Source: Pseudogymnoascus verrucosus (lineage: Eukaryota). Taken from it: 35,159 bases of DNA. Where the stretch lies: the NCBI GenBank assembly GCA_001662655.1, contig KV460247.1; one strand, given 5' to 3'. The notes beneath the pieces are model-generated. The model worked only from the letters and a program-made list of their open reading frames with translations. It was not told the DNA's origin and did not search any database. The translations under genes were made by a program, and so were the position numbers. Below are positions 1 through 12,046 of the stretch, piece by piece; the stretch's first letter is position 1; the number at the start of each line of letters is the position of its first letter.

Positions 1-1467
1 CGTCGCGCATGATACCAATATCACCCGTGCAGAACCAGTCACCATGAACAGATCCTGCAGTGGCCTCCGGATTGTTATAATAGCCCTTTGAGATCACAGG
101 ACCCTTAATAAGAATCTCACCTGGCTTCCCAGCTGCGACGTCCTTGAAATCCTCATCGACGAGTCTGTACTTCCATTAGTATCCGGGGTAATGTAGCATA
201 GTAGTGGTGTGCGCACCTTAATGAAATGTTTGGTAGCAATGTGCCAACGCTTCCAGTCTCGTCCTTTGGGCCCCAGAGATTGGAGCTGGCACTGCCCGTC
301 GTTTCGCTCAGTCCCCATGTCTGGCTGATGAACGTCTTGCCCTTCCCAAGCTTCATGCTTGCAGCCCGTTGGGTCTCTGGGCCCAATGGAGCAGCACCGC
401 TTTGAGCAAGCATCAGCGTGTCAAAGTGGTCTGTCACCACGGTCGACTTGGCTATCAAGAGGTAGATAGCTGGCACACTAAAGAGCATCGTGATGCGGAA
501 CTTCTTTATGTTGTCTATGAACTGTTGGAAATCGAATTTTGACATCCAGTACACGAGACCTCCTGCGTAGAATGGGTTCACGAGATATCCCTGCAGCCCT
601 GCGATGTGGGCAACAGGGAGATGGGCGAGAGTTCGGTATTCAAATGGGGGTGCACCAGCTGCCTCAGCCTTCTTCAAATGCTCCTTTGTCAGCTCACCGG
701 GGAGGACTGCCTCGGATACCAGGTTCGTGTGGGAGAGGCATACACCTGTCAAAGGTTAGCTATCGACCGTTTTCTTCGACGCTCAAACGTACCCTTTGGT
801 GGACCAGTCGTCCCAGACGAAAAGAGGAGGCATATTAAAGAGTTCTCGAGCTCCTTGGCGTCAGTGATCCTTCTCCAGTCCAGCTGCTGCTTCGAAATAT
901 AATTGGTGCCAGTCGAGAGCGATCTGAGACTCCATTCCGGACTCGATTCCAGAATCAAGATCTTGGCATTAGACAACCCGCATTTCTCGGCGGCCTTGCA
1001 TGCAACCTCTCTTGTGTCGGCGGTGCACACGAGAAGGCTGACCGGACACTGGTCTATCTGCTTCGATAATTCGGTCACGGTGGCGGAAGTGCTGACGGCG
1101 GAGTAGACACCCTCGGCGGCGATCACACCATAGAATAGCATGGGCAGCAAGGACTGTCCGGAGCACATCACCATTACAACGTCCTTTCCAGGCCCGTTGG
1201 CTCCAATACCAAATCCATTGCGTAAACCATGAGCAATCTGCTTCGTAAAAACCCGTGCCTGTGATTTGTTTATGCTTCGTTCGGGGTTAGACGCTTCGGC
1301 GTGGAGCACAGAGTCCTCCTTGGCGCTGCTATTCTCGTGATCTATCAAAAACCGCACGTTAGCTTCCAAATCCGTGATTGCAAAAGTTCAGCACAGAAAT
1401 TACCAAAAAGTAGCGTCAGGACATCTACATTTGGCACTTGGATGGTCTTCGCGTTCTGGTATATCAT
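1..1467 (-). CDS. 4-coumarate-CoA ligase-like / AMP-binding acyl-CoA synthetase (3' end runs off the window)
   Basis: Spliced model: exons 1467-1404, 1341-793, 745-217, 164-<1 with GT-AG introns. Motifs LLFSSGTTGPPKGV (AMP-binding loop), LPVAHIAG, QTWGLSETTG, GEILIKGP..SKGYYNN, WFCTGDIG. Confidence 0.92.
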
Positions 1468-1928
1468 TTTCGGAGTCTCAGATCAAAACGTGGCGAACTG
1501 GGAGTGAATAGAAAAGCTATGGTAGGAGGACTTCCCTAGATGTATAAGCTGGGGAAATAAGGCTTTAACCGCAGGCATTCGAGTCAGCCTGGTCGATCTC
1601 CAATTGCCCATACCGAGCTTATATCTGTCAAGCGGCCTACATGACACTGGGGAAATGACCGGGTGGCGTATTATCCGGGGAGGTCGGCTCCTCATTCCCC
1701 ACTATTGCATATTTCGAGCTTAAATATGCACTGTCCGGCAAGATATTGCCGAAATAGGCAGGATTAACACTTGCCGCGGTTATAGAAAGACCTATCGTGG
1801 AGCTATACTGCTATGAAATTACTACATGTAGTTTACGGCAATATAATTATTCACAAGAAAGTAATAATATGATGACAATATGTCTTTCAATATTGTGTTT
1901 AAACTACTGCTACAAATGGTTTGTTCGC

Positions 1929-3139
1929 TTAGAACTGGAGCTTGAACTCCTCGTACACAGAGACACCAGTGTATTGAGGACCGCCATCAACACCACCAAC
2001 GAGCAGACCAGAGGCGCGGTAGTAGAGGAAGGCGTCAGCAAGAACGGAATGGGCCGTAACATTAACGCGGAGCATGCCCTCGGCACCGAGGTCGAGGTCG
2101 ATGTGAAGACCCTCGGGGTTGCCAGAGGTGATCTTTGGGGGGTACTGGGAGTTCTTGCCAGTTGGGCGAACCTTGATGGAACCGGGACCGCACTGAGTGG
2201 CAACGATTACGCCGTCCTTGGCGGCGTAGCTGCTGAAGTACTCAGTTCCATCCTTTCCGAGAACATCGAACCAAACGATGGAGTATGGGCCGAGTCTGCC
2301 GTGTCCCCAGTACCAGCTGGATACGTGGGTGGTGAATGGCTTGTCTCCCCAGTTCTAATATATGTCAGTATACGTCTTATAAAGGACTCGGAATTGCTTA
2401 CCTTGTCATGGTAACCGATACCGGTGAACTTGAGGGGTCTGCCAAGAACGGTGAAGTCTGCAACAGCATCCGCATCAGGCATAGCATTGGCCCATCCGAC
2501 ATTAGGCGAGACGTCGAGTCTCTGGCCAGCCTCATTGGGACCACATGGGTAATGGGCAGGCGCGCGCTAGGGGCGCATACGTTAGTTTGTTGCCCAAGAC
2601 ATGCTGCTAGAATTTATACTTACAGACGTCAGCTCGAGCGTACCCTTGATGGCAAGAACCGGGCTGTCAACCGTGACCTTGTAGGTGGACAAGTCAGGGG
2701 ATCCCTCGAAAGAGAAACCAGTTCCTTGCCAGTTACCAGATGCTCCGTCACCATCGGTGACAACAGTTGCCTGTCCAGCCGTGTAAGGCAAGTTGTTCAA
2801 TGGCAAGAACACAAGGCTTCCATCATCGAAAGTGGCAAAGATGTCGACAGAGAGGGCCGAAAGCGGAGGCACGAATGAGAAGCCCAAATCGGTGGACAGG
2901 TAGAAGACCATGACAACGGCGGCATTTCCGTTGGTTGAAACGGCATCAAAGTACCACCAGTCGAAGGTCGTGGCGTTGATGCCTGGGGACATCTTTGGTC
3001 CATCGAGACCAGATGCCCCAGAGACATAGAGAGCGTTGCTGGGGCCAGTCTGGATGACGTTTGGGTAGACATTAGTCACCGAGGCCAGAACGGTTGTGGC
3101 GCAGAGCGCGCTGGTGAGCGCAAGGTTACGGAGCTGCAT
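1929..3139 (-). CDS. Secreted CrtC (hydroxyneurosporene synthase)/Diels-Alderase-like beta-barrel protein (PenF/AsqO-like family)
   Basis: Signal-peptide-like MQLRNLALTSALCATTVLA. Three exons (first intron 2623-2567, second after GYHDK). Family-like motifs DGPK..NATTFDWWYFDAVS, APAHYPCG, GWANAMPDADA, GYHDK|NWG, WYWGHGRLGPYSIVWFD. TAA stop at 1929-1931. Family assigned from remembered motifs. Confidence 0.75.
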
Positions 3140-4665
3140 TGCGAAGGATTTGCTAATGTTTCGATGGGGAAATAAAGTGAGGGATGGAATCGTACTTATA
3201 TTCTCAGTTTCCCCATACTATACTCAGCACTAATCGTCCCGGTTATTCATTAAGCTTGAATAATGAAGCTACTACGTAAGAGCTACTGCTGCGTATGTTC
3301 GCAAGCCTGGCCATATTAAGAGAGCAAGAGTAAAAGCTGACTCGGAACTGCGGGGTGGAAAACTGGGAGATTATTGATGATGATCCTTTCCTATTTTCCT
3401 TGTTTGCAGCAAGCTTTGGCAGCTGCGACCAGAGTTGAGATGGTTAAGTTCCTAAGAACTCGCCGATGATTGTAGTTGACTGACACGAAGCTTTCTGACT
3501 CGAGAGAGGACAGCGCCACAGGACGGGCAAGCTTTGCCGAGCAGGCCAATTCGTGGGGTAGCCTTGGCGGATGCCCTGCCGAGATAGCGTTGGGCAGCTT
3601 GGTTGTCCCTCTTGCCAAGACAAACCAAGGGCTTGGTAGCGGGACTTAACAGCCTAATTTAGTTGTAAGGTGCGTCAATTCATGTTAATAGCTGCCAGGA
3701 TATATATTAGCAGGGGCCAATCGGCGAATTTGACTCCACATTACCATGTCCACATGTTGTCCGCATGCTGGTGATCTGTTGGGGAAACTTGGAGATTGGA
3801 GAATTGAGGGGTCATGCAGGTTCATCCCTTCTCGGGGACGACGCGGCTTCGGATTTACGCTTGTTTGTGTCGTCGCCGAAGTCCCCGAAGCTGCTGTGGC
3901 TGGCAGTTTGTCAAATATTTTGACATCTGATAGTGCTGCTTGGCCTCGTGCCGTTTAAAAGGTGCATTGGGGTCTGCATGAAGCTAATATGAGCGATTTT
4001 AAGCTCTTCACCCGTTTTTTTTTCTCCGCGACTGACCTGCGGTTGCATTTTCGACAGACTTTTGTGAAGCCGGTGATATTCGGAGCTGGTGGTTGACAAT
4101 GCGAGTGAGCGTCCATAGAGAGCGTAGTAATCTAATCAGTTATTATATTGTAATTACGATGCGTAATTTACCACTGTGAAGCCCGAATTCTATTCTACGT
4201 CGCCCACGGGCAAGAGCATCTGCTTTGTCGATTCGTCTCTAAATACAGCTGTTCAATCTTGCATCTACTACGGCTTGCAAACGGCTGTATGTAGCGAGAT
4301 TGAACAACTGTACTTAGAGACGAATCGAGAAAGGACAAAACGTTCTCCACAAGTAAAAATATATTTTATTCATACCCCGATTTGCGAGGCTCTTTCTTGT
4401 CGCCGGAATTCTCACTATTATAAACGGAACACGGATGTTTTGCCACGGTATAATATCGGATACCAGATCGTTGATCGCCGTCACCTAGTCTTCTAGTTGC
4501 ATCCTGCCATGGAATATCTCAGCTATTCATAGCCAGTTTGACGATCTCACAGGCAAGAAAAAAGCGGGTCTCCGACAAATTGAATAAAGCCTGGCGGGTA
4601 ACCGAAATTTATATTCAAGGCATATTATAAATATAGATATGTATTAACTATTATCCCCCTTAAAT

Positions 4666-6330
4666 CTACGCAATTGGCGCATAAAAGCTGAAGCTCCCCT
4701 TGGGATCGTAGTTCTTCTTCAACGAACGCAAGCGGTCCTGGCGCCATTGATCCGCCCCATACCACGCCTTTGGTGTCTCGTCACCATAGGCATAGTTAAC
4801 ATAGGTATTGAGGCTGGTTTGTCCACTTCCCTCATAGAGGACCTGGCGAATCTGGTTACCGAGCTTGAAGGCCTGGTCATCGAGCGCCTTTCCGTTGGGC
4901 TTGTAGGTGAGGAGAGGGGCGACGAGGAGGTTATCAGAACGGTAGGCGTAGGCGGTGGCACCATCGCTGATTGCCTTTACTCCCTGAGTTGAGTACCCCT
5001 CAAACATGAAGAGCGCGTTGCTGAAAGGAGTCGAGGCGTTGGTGGTAGCCTGGGTGAAGAGATCGTATACCTGGCGCTGAGCGGTGGTGTTGTATGATTT
5101 GAGATAGATGGGGAAGCGGGGGTTAGCGTTTCCGGTAATCTGGCAGGGTGTATCGGAGAGGGAGATGCCGGTCCACTTGGCTAGGTCAAGGTAGGTTCCT
5201 GAAGCGGGCTGGACGACGATTGGGCCAAGGTTGTGGAAGGGCTGCGTGTAAGCTGGGTCGACGGCGTCTACTCCTTCTTGGATGAGGTACATGGCGATCA
5301 CGGGCTAGAATGGTTAGAATACTACCAATACATCGATAGATTAAACTCACCTTTGTATCTAAGGTAGGATCGAAAAACCAGTACGACCAGTTATTCAAAT
5401 CCGTGGGAATGGTACCGTTTGTGAGCCACATCTGGTTTGCAAGCTCATAAACAGCCTCGACCTTGTCGCCACTGAAGATGATAGTCTCCAAGGCATAGTT
5501 GCGGTGCTGGATGTCGTAGATCTTTGAAACGACAGAAGTAACGATTCCAAAGTTGTGACCAGCGCCCTTCATGGCCCAGAAGACACTGGAGTTCTTGTCC
5601 ACTGTCATGATGCTGCCATCGGCTTTGACAACCCTCAAGGAAACGAATTGATCTGAAACGAGGCCATGGTGGCCCTGAAGCCATCCGTGACCACCTCCAA
5701 GGGCGGGGCCAAGGTAACTGACACATTCGCAAGTTCCAGTCACTATGGTGAGGTTCAGCGACCGGGGTCTTTTCAATTGCAATCGCCTACTCACCAGTTT
5801 GTTTTCCTGCCGCCCACAGAGTGTCGGTGACATTCTTAGACATAACTCCGCCACCAATTGTAACCGTTTGCCCATCTTTAGCGATTTTAATGCTGTTAAG
5901 CTGCTTCAGGGAGATCTCAATGCCATTTGTCATCTTTCCAAGAGTAGTGATTGATCCGTGAACACCATTTGTCGTAAGGAATGGCAGGCATTTGCTGTTC
6001 GCGAACTTTACCTATACATGGAAGACGAGTAAGTTACTGCCGTAGAAAGGCGAAGACGAAGTGACTTACGGTTTGGACTACATCATTCTCCGTAGCAGGA
6101 ACAACAACAACATTCGCAACGGGCGTGCTCAGATTGGACCATCTTCCCACCAGCGAATTGAATCCATCCGACCCGGGTAGATAGATATGGGCGCTGGGCG
6201 AGAGGTTGCGCGCAAGTTGGGTGAAGTCTACGCCGCCACGTCCGTTGAGGCTGGAGAAAGAGACATCCGGGCGAGCTACAACTGCTGTGCAAGCGACGAG
6301 CGCCGCAAGGCTCAGGCTAAGTTGGAACAT
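4666..6330 (-). CDS. Secreted FAD-linked oxidoreductase, FAD_binding_4 + BBE domain (berberine-bridge-enzyme/AA7-like)
   Basis: Signal peptide MFQLSLSLAALVACTAVVA. Four exons. VVVPATENDV..VKFA, NGVHG (putative His for covalent FAD), TGTCECV..LGGGHG (putative Cys), FWAMKGAGHNFGIVTS, C-terminal YVNYAYGDE..RLRSLKKNYDP. Confidence 0.9.
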
Positions 6331-7514
6331 AGCAACAGGAATTTGCAGGAATTAGAAGACGGCGACGTGATTACAGTGAATACTGGTGTTAGGGGCAGGT
6401 GAGGTATATATAAGTATGTACATGCCTCTATAATTTACCAACCATGAGTGGCGAAGCATGGCTCCCCACAGTTTGTTGAATAAACGGAATTACAGCGCGT
6501 CGTGCTAAACGTGTGGCTACAGGGTAATTTAACAGGGTCTGTGCGGGCGGGATGCTTGGAAGGATTTTACGTTCTGATAGCGGGCCATTAAAAGCTTCAA
6601 TAGATAGCAACTATTGAGTAGGCTCTTGGCATTTAAATCTCACGCAACTCTATTAGCATTTTGGTCAACTTGCTTTCTAACTTGGCAACGATAACAATCC
6701 CCCTAGAAGCTTCTTTCTTCGTCTCACTAGGTAAACATTTGGACATCCTTGACTCGTCGCGAGAATGGCGACTAGTTTCAGAGATAGCTAAAATTGACCC
6801 CGTTCACTATTCCCAAGATAGAAAAGTGGTCGGTTTTCAATTCTGCAGCAGCATCCTCTAAGCTACAATCAACACGGCACGGGGGCAGCCCAACAAGGTA
6901 TGAAACCAGAGTTTGGACCTCGATAGATCGGCGAAATGCCTTATCGAGCTAGCATGTGGTTTAGCTCTATGACACTACCAGCCGTCGTTGCAATTACCAT
7001 CATCTCCGCGGACCCCTGACTTGACCATAATACGAACGCCACAGGCGGACGGTACCAAATTTGGTAGTAATCTGTAAGATTTGCCGACGACCGGCCATCT
7101 TTTACAGTGCAGTTTGCATAAGAGCATTTCTTCTAAGCGATGCACGTTCCCGTCGCTGCAAGAGACGCAAGGGTTTTCCAGGGCCCGCCATTTACCAGTC
7201 ACCCAATTAAGCAAGGAGTGCGTGCCGATCCATCGAATTTTAAGCACTCGAGGGCAAAGATCTACAACCCTGCCGCTCAACCGAGTAAGGCGGACGCAAT
7301 GACATATGTTCTCGACCTTCTAACTCTGGTAAAATGTCTCGGTTTGCGGTCAGCCCCGAGTTTCAGTGCTATGCTTGTGAAAATCCATGCGCATGTCCGT
7401 ACAAGTACAAGCGCATCGCACTTCTCGAGTCGCCGCCGTCCTCGTCGTCGCCAGAGCCTCGACTCACCTCACAGTCTTCGCCATAGTCAACTGGGTTGAT
7501 ACGTCTACAACCCG

Positions 7515-8976
7515 ATGTCCGACCCCCAGGCAGCAGCGGCAATAGCAGCAGCTGTTCGCGACTTCAATACCGAGTTATGGACGCTGTATGCGTTCGGCGT
7601 CGCCATAACTATTCTCAGGACAATTGCTCGGGTGAAGGCCGTAGGCTTTAGGGATCTTCAAGCTGACGACTTTATCATCTGGATTGCTATTGTGCGTTTT
7701 TGATGTTTTCTGTTACTGTTACAACGCTAATCCGATTTTTCAGTTGCTATATAGCACACAGTCGACTCTAGCGTTCTTCGCCGTCAATCACGGCCAAGGT
7801 CTTGCGAATAATGGAATGACGGATGCCCAGCGAGCTGCGTTGGATGTTAATTCAGAGGAATACGATCTTAGGTACATATTCTATAAGAGGAGATTGAAGT
7901 GGCTACTAACGTCCTGCCAGAGTGTTTGGTTCCAAAATCCAAGTGGTGGGCTGGACCTGTTATTGTTGCTTGATTTTCACGCTCAAGATGGCAGTGCTCG
8001 TTTTCTACGTGCGACTTATGGTACGTTCAGCCCTGTAAACTTTTGATCATTGTTAATTCGTGGACTACAGGAGGGCCTCAGCAAGAAATTTCGAATTCGC
8101 ATCTGGGCAGGGTTTGGGATCGTTCTTTCAACCTTTCTCGCATCGATTATAACAATATACGCGGCATGCCGGCCGCTCCATAAATACTGGCAGATCAACC
8201 CAGATCCCGGTAGTAAGTTGATTTGTATTCGAGCTGCCCAGTATCTGCTAACAGCCTCATAGATATGTGCCAAGGTGCCGTGGCCAAGCCCATTGTCTGG
8301 GTTACTTTCATCTCGAGTGTGCTCACCGATATCTACCTCATCATGATACCCATTCCGATGCTTTGGGGCACGAAGCTGCGGATGGCAAAGAAGATCGCCG
8401 CGACTATCGTGCTTGGTGCAGGCGTGTTTGTCCTCATTTGCTCTCTTCTGAAGACTATCTTCGTCATTGTGGTGAGTCTCAATGCTGCGCACCATCCGTC
8501 GACAGTTTCTAACTCACGCGCAGGATGCCGAACATGGCGCCGAGCTTGCTGGCAGATGGGGCACACGCGAAGCCTTCGTCTCGGTCATCACCACCAATCT
8601 CCCCATGATATTCCCTCTCGTCCGGGCCTGGCTCAAACCATTATTCGGCAGTGGGTTCTTCTCATCTCACTCGCCATCCAAGAACCCCGTTGGGTTCCGA
8701 ACCATCGGTGGAGGCTACCACAACGGCTCCAACAAGACTGGTGGTAGCCGTGGACGTAATGACTCTAGTCCGTATGCAGCCAGTGGTCTATCAATCAACG
8801 AGAGCGAGGAACGGATCTTCCAGAATGTAAAGATGCAGAATATCAGTATTAATTCGGAGCCGGTGTCGGAGCTTCAGCGGCCGCGGGATATTGTGGTTAA
8901 TACGGAGTTCCGCATGACCGAGGAAAGATATATGCAAGACGGCAAGAATAATTCTGGAGGTGTCCACAAGTCTTGA
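7515..8976 (+). CDS. PTH11-like integral membrane protein (fungal rhodopsin-like domain, no CFEM)
   Basis: Six-exon model with canonical introns. Motifs LRTIAR..QADD, GSKIQVVGW..Y..LK, ACRP..KYWQINPDPG..C, TDIYLIMIPIPMLW, WGTREAFVSVITTNLP. Multiple hydrophobic helices and a hydrophilic C-tail. Confidence 0.88.
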
Positions 8977-9605
8977 TTGCTTTTGGTTTTGGTACTATGG
9001 GTGTAATTGGAGTTGGGGAAGGGTTGGCGAAGGGAGTCCTGATGCTACACCATTGTATAGTATATAACCGTAGATATAATGGTAAATATGAGTTATGAAT
9101 TATCTAATTGACGGGCGTGCTTGACGACTATAGTGTAAAGTATTGTGATGAAAGGTGCCATCTAATCTGAGATAAATTAATCCTACGCAGTCGGATATTT
9201 GGTATTTAGGTCTCCTGATTGAGGATTGGAAGTTGATATGTAATGAACAATTAAATTATTGTATAGTTGACAATGAGTGAATTTCTTTGTTGTGAAGCAG
9301 TGTTGCCCGAGTACCGCTCCGAGTACTACTCGGAGGACCCTCGAGTACCGGCCTCAAAATTGAAGCTCGAGTACCGGTATTCGAGTACTAGTACTCGAAT
9401 ACCCGAGTAGTACTCGCATATAAATAGAAATAGAAATATTACTATATATATACTATTCTAACTCATTATTTACATTATTACTGCTATCCTCATCGTTACC
9501 TTATAATATAATACCCTAATTTCTTAAGTAGAGTAGATATTAAAGCGTAGATGGTAATATTTAGTTTCGGAACGTAAGTAAGTAAGGTAAGGCTCCATTT
9601 ATTTA

Positions 9606-11466
9606 ACGTACTTGCATAGCGAACGGACCACCATAGCGAGTGGACCACTTTTTCCTACGTACACATTATAAAATAGCCGTACGAACACCAACCACATTAA
9701 ATTAATTAAAACTACTCAGAATCGTCTTCTTCAGATGCAACTACTACTACGTGACAGGTTCGCGCATTATGGCCAGTGTTGCTGCATATGCCACAGCGTC
9801 GCGTACGTGGTTCAGCTACCTCTGTACAACGACTACCACGATGTGTTTCCTCCTTAATCTGCTTATCCACCTCATTCTCAGCTACTAAGTCTTTAGCTTC
9901 TTGGAAACTAAGTGACCCTCCTTGCCGTAAACGTGCTTTTTTAGCCCTCCGGCGCTTGCTAAGCACCTCATTAGCAGCTCGTACAGCCTTTAGCTCCGCC
10001 CGTAGTAACACTAGCTCGTGTGCTATTTTCGACATACCTCGAGCTTAGGCATCAATTATAGTGTACATATGGGTTGGAGAGCTATCTTGGTGCTTAGCAA
10101 TCTTGTTTTTAATAGTTGTAGACTGCTGATTAACCTCGTACGCTGTCTGAGGTGTCTTTGTAACCTAGGAGTTAGGAGTTCCTGAGCGAGAGGTTGGTGG
10201 AGATGGCGTAATAAGCTTTGGGTCTAGGCGAGCAATTACTAACTTAGGGTCGTACGGAAGAAGACCAGTAGCCTTAAAGCCTGCTTGTATGTTCTTTTTA
10301 GTTATAGAAGCGTTAAAAGCTTCTAAAAATGCAGCGAAGAAGTCGTCCTTAGTAATGTAGGTAATCTACATCCGCATCATTTTCTCAATTTGCTTGCCGT
10401 ACGAGGTCTTAAGTGGGCCAAAACACCTAACATTAAGAGGCTGGAGGAAATGAGACGAGTGAGGAGGCATGCAAAGCGTGATAATGTTGTTCTCTTAGCA
10501 GTAGTCCTCAAAGTTAGAGGAGTGATGGCTTTCGTGACCATCGAGGACTAAGAGGCGATAAACACCCTTCGTACGAGCTTTAGTATGCTAATTGAAGTGT
10601 TTTATCTAATCTAGGCTAATCTCGTTTGTAGTCCAACCGTTTTCGCTCGTGTGAATCCTCTAATCCTTTAGGAATTGGCCGTTTTGGTACTAGGATAGGA
10701 GGTGATATTTGCCTTTAACAACCACGTACGGAGGTACTGCCTAGCTAGTCGCGCACACACCCTAGATTACTGTAACCCATTCTCGATTGCCTGGCTGCTT
10801 CGTACGAGGCTTGCTACGTCGTTCGGAGCTTGTAACCACCTTTGCGCTTGAGAGCATGCCCATTAAAAACCTAGTCTCGTCAAAGTTGTAGATATCTGCG
10901 TCTTGGATGCCGTACTTAGTAATAACATTCTGCACAAGCGTAAACTAGGCTCGTACGACATTAGGATCTTCGCATTTAGCCCTCTGGTAGTCAATTTGAC
11001 GTCGAAAAGCCATAGTAAGCTTAGGGTAGCGCTTAACAAAGTTCTCTGCCTATCGTAGTCTGACGCGTGACGCGTTACAGTCCGTACGAAGACAATTAGC
11101 CATTTCTTGAATATGGCTTTGCTAGGGCTGAAATCCTCGTGAGTCTAGGTCAAGTATACGTCGAAGAATCACAGATTCCTTAAGATTAGTTAATTTTCTA
11201 GAGTTGGTAGAGATATCGCGTCGTGACTTCTTGCCATCGCGTCGTCGTAAAAGTGTCGTATGAGGGACTTCATAGATCTTTACTGCAGCTCGGCTAGTAA
11301 GATTTTGGTCGTTTTCAAGTGCTTTAAGGGCAAGGATTATACGACATTCAATTGAAGAAGATTCCATTATAGTTCGTTGAGAAAAGTCGCGTTAATGGTA
11401 GGAAGTAGTAGATGTAAGGAAAAGTGGTCCACTCGCTATGGTGGTCCGTTCGCTATGCAAGTACGT
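9606..11466 (-). mobile_element. pogo/Fot1-type (Tc1-mariner superfamily) DNA transposon, 1861 bp, nested in the hAT element
   Basis: ~47-bp TIRs beginning ACGTACTTGCATAGCGAACGGACCACCATAGCGAGTGGACCACTTTT. TA duplication at 9604-9605 and 11467-11468. Internal transposase reading frame. Confidence 0.95.
9712..11367 (-). pseudogene. RIP-inactivated pogo/Fot1 DDE transposase
   Basis: N-terminal HTH (AAVKIYEVPHTTL), YNFDET, LVLDGHESH, LQPLNV..FGPLK, C-terminal RRCGICSNTGHNARTC knuckle. Many in-frame TAG stops where TGG or CAG is expected (CpA/TpG to TpA). Confidence 0.93.
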
Positions 11467-12046
11467 TACTCTTTTTACACTTAATTACCCCTGTTTGCTA
11501 AGGGCTTGGCAGTACTCGTAGTACTCAGAGTAGTACTCGGGTACGCGGGTGAAGAAAAAAGTGGCACGGTTTACTGCCAGAAATATACCAGAAATGTGCC
11601 AAGACCCGTGCCACTTATTGCTTCAACCGCGTATCGGGGACTCACCGAGTACAGTAGTACTCGGGTACTCGGCGAGTAGTACTCACGGCGAGTACTACTC
11701 GGGCAACACTGTTGTGAAGTGAACTTGTAATAACCATGTAAATGTTCGATGGGGCCTCTTAACTCTCCGTTAACAACTTTCCCAAACCGTCGGCCTCCTA
11801 TCCTGGCATCCCACGCCCGAAACGCCGATACACTACAAGCGAAGGGATTGTCTTCAACTTTACAATTAGAATCGATTTCAAACAGATTTGCGTAGTAAAG
11901 TTGAAGAGCATCCCACAATGGCACTGTTTATATCACCGGTAAGCAAAAACTCAAGGTACGATTCTCACACACAAAGTAAAAACTTATTTATCTCAACAGC
12001 ATACAATTACATACATTCATTTGCTATATAGACCCAACATCATTTC

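Larger units (their letters stand above)
9298..11711. mobile_element. Non-autonomous hAT element (~550 bp excluding the nested insert)
   Basis: TIR CAGTGTTGCCCGAGTA at 9298-9313 and its exact reverse complement ending at 11711. Identical 8-bp flanks TTGTGAAG (9290-9297, 11712-11719). Many subterminal CGAGTA/TACTCG repeats. 9455-9570 is a RIPed remnant of the hAT transposase C-terminus (minus strand), homologous to 33812-33930. Confidence 0.93.

Noticed and set aside
1797..2878. Long plus-strand ORFs (205 and 180 aa)
   Set aside because: Antisense shadows of the spliced minus-strand gene at 1929-3139.
9309..9416. Short palindromic repeats resembling a CRISPR array
   Set aside because: Eukaryotic context, no regular repeat-spacer period; explained as hAT subterminal repeats.
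11489..11507. ~20-bp similarity (CCCTGTTTGC..AAGG.CTT) to 35096-35114
   Set aside because: Short and gapped; chance cannot be excluded.
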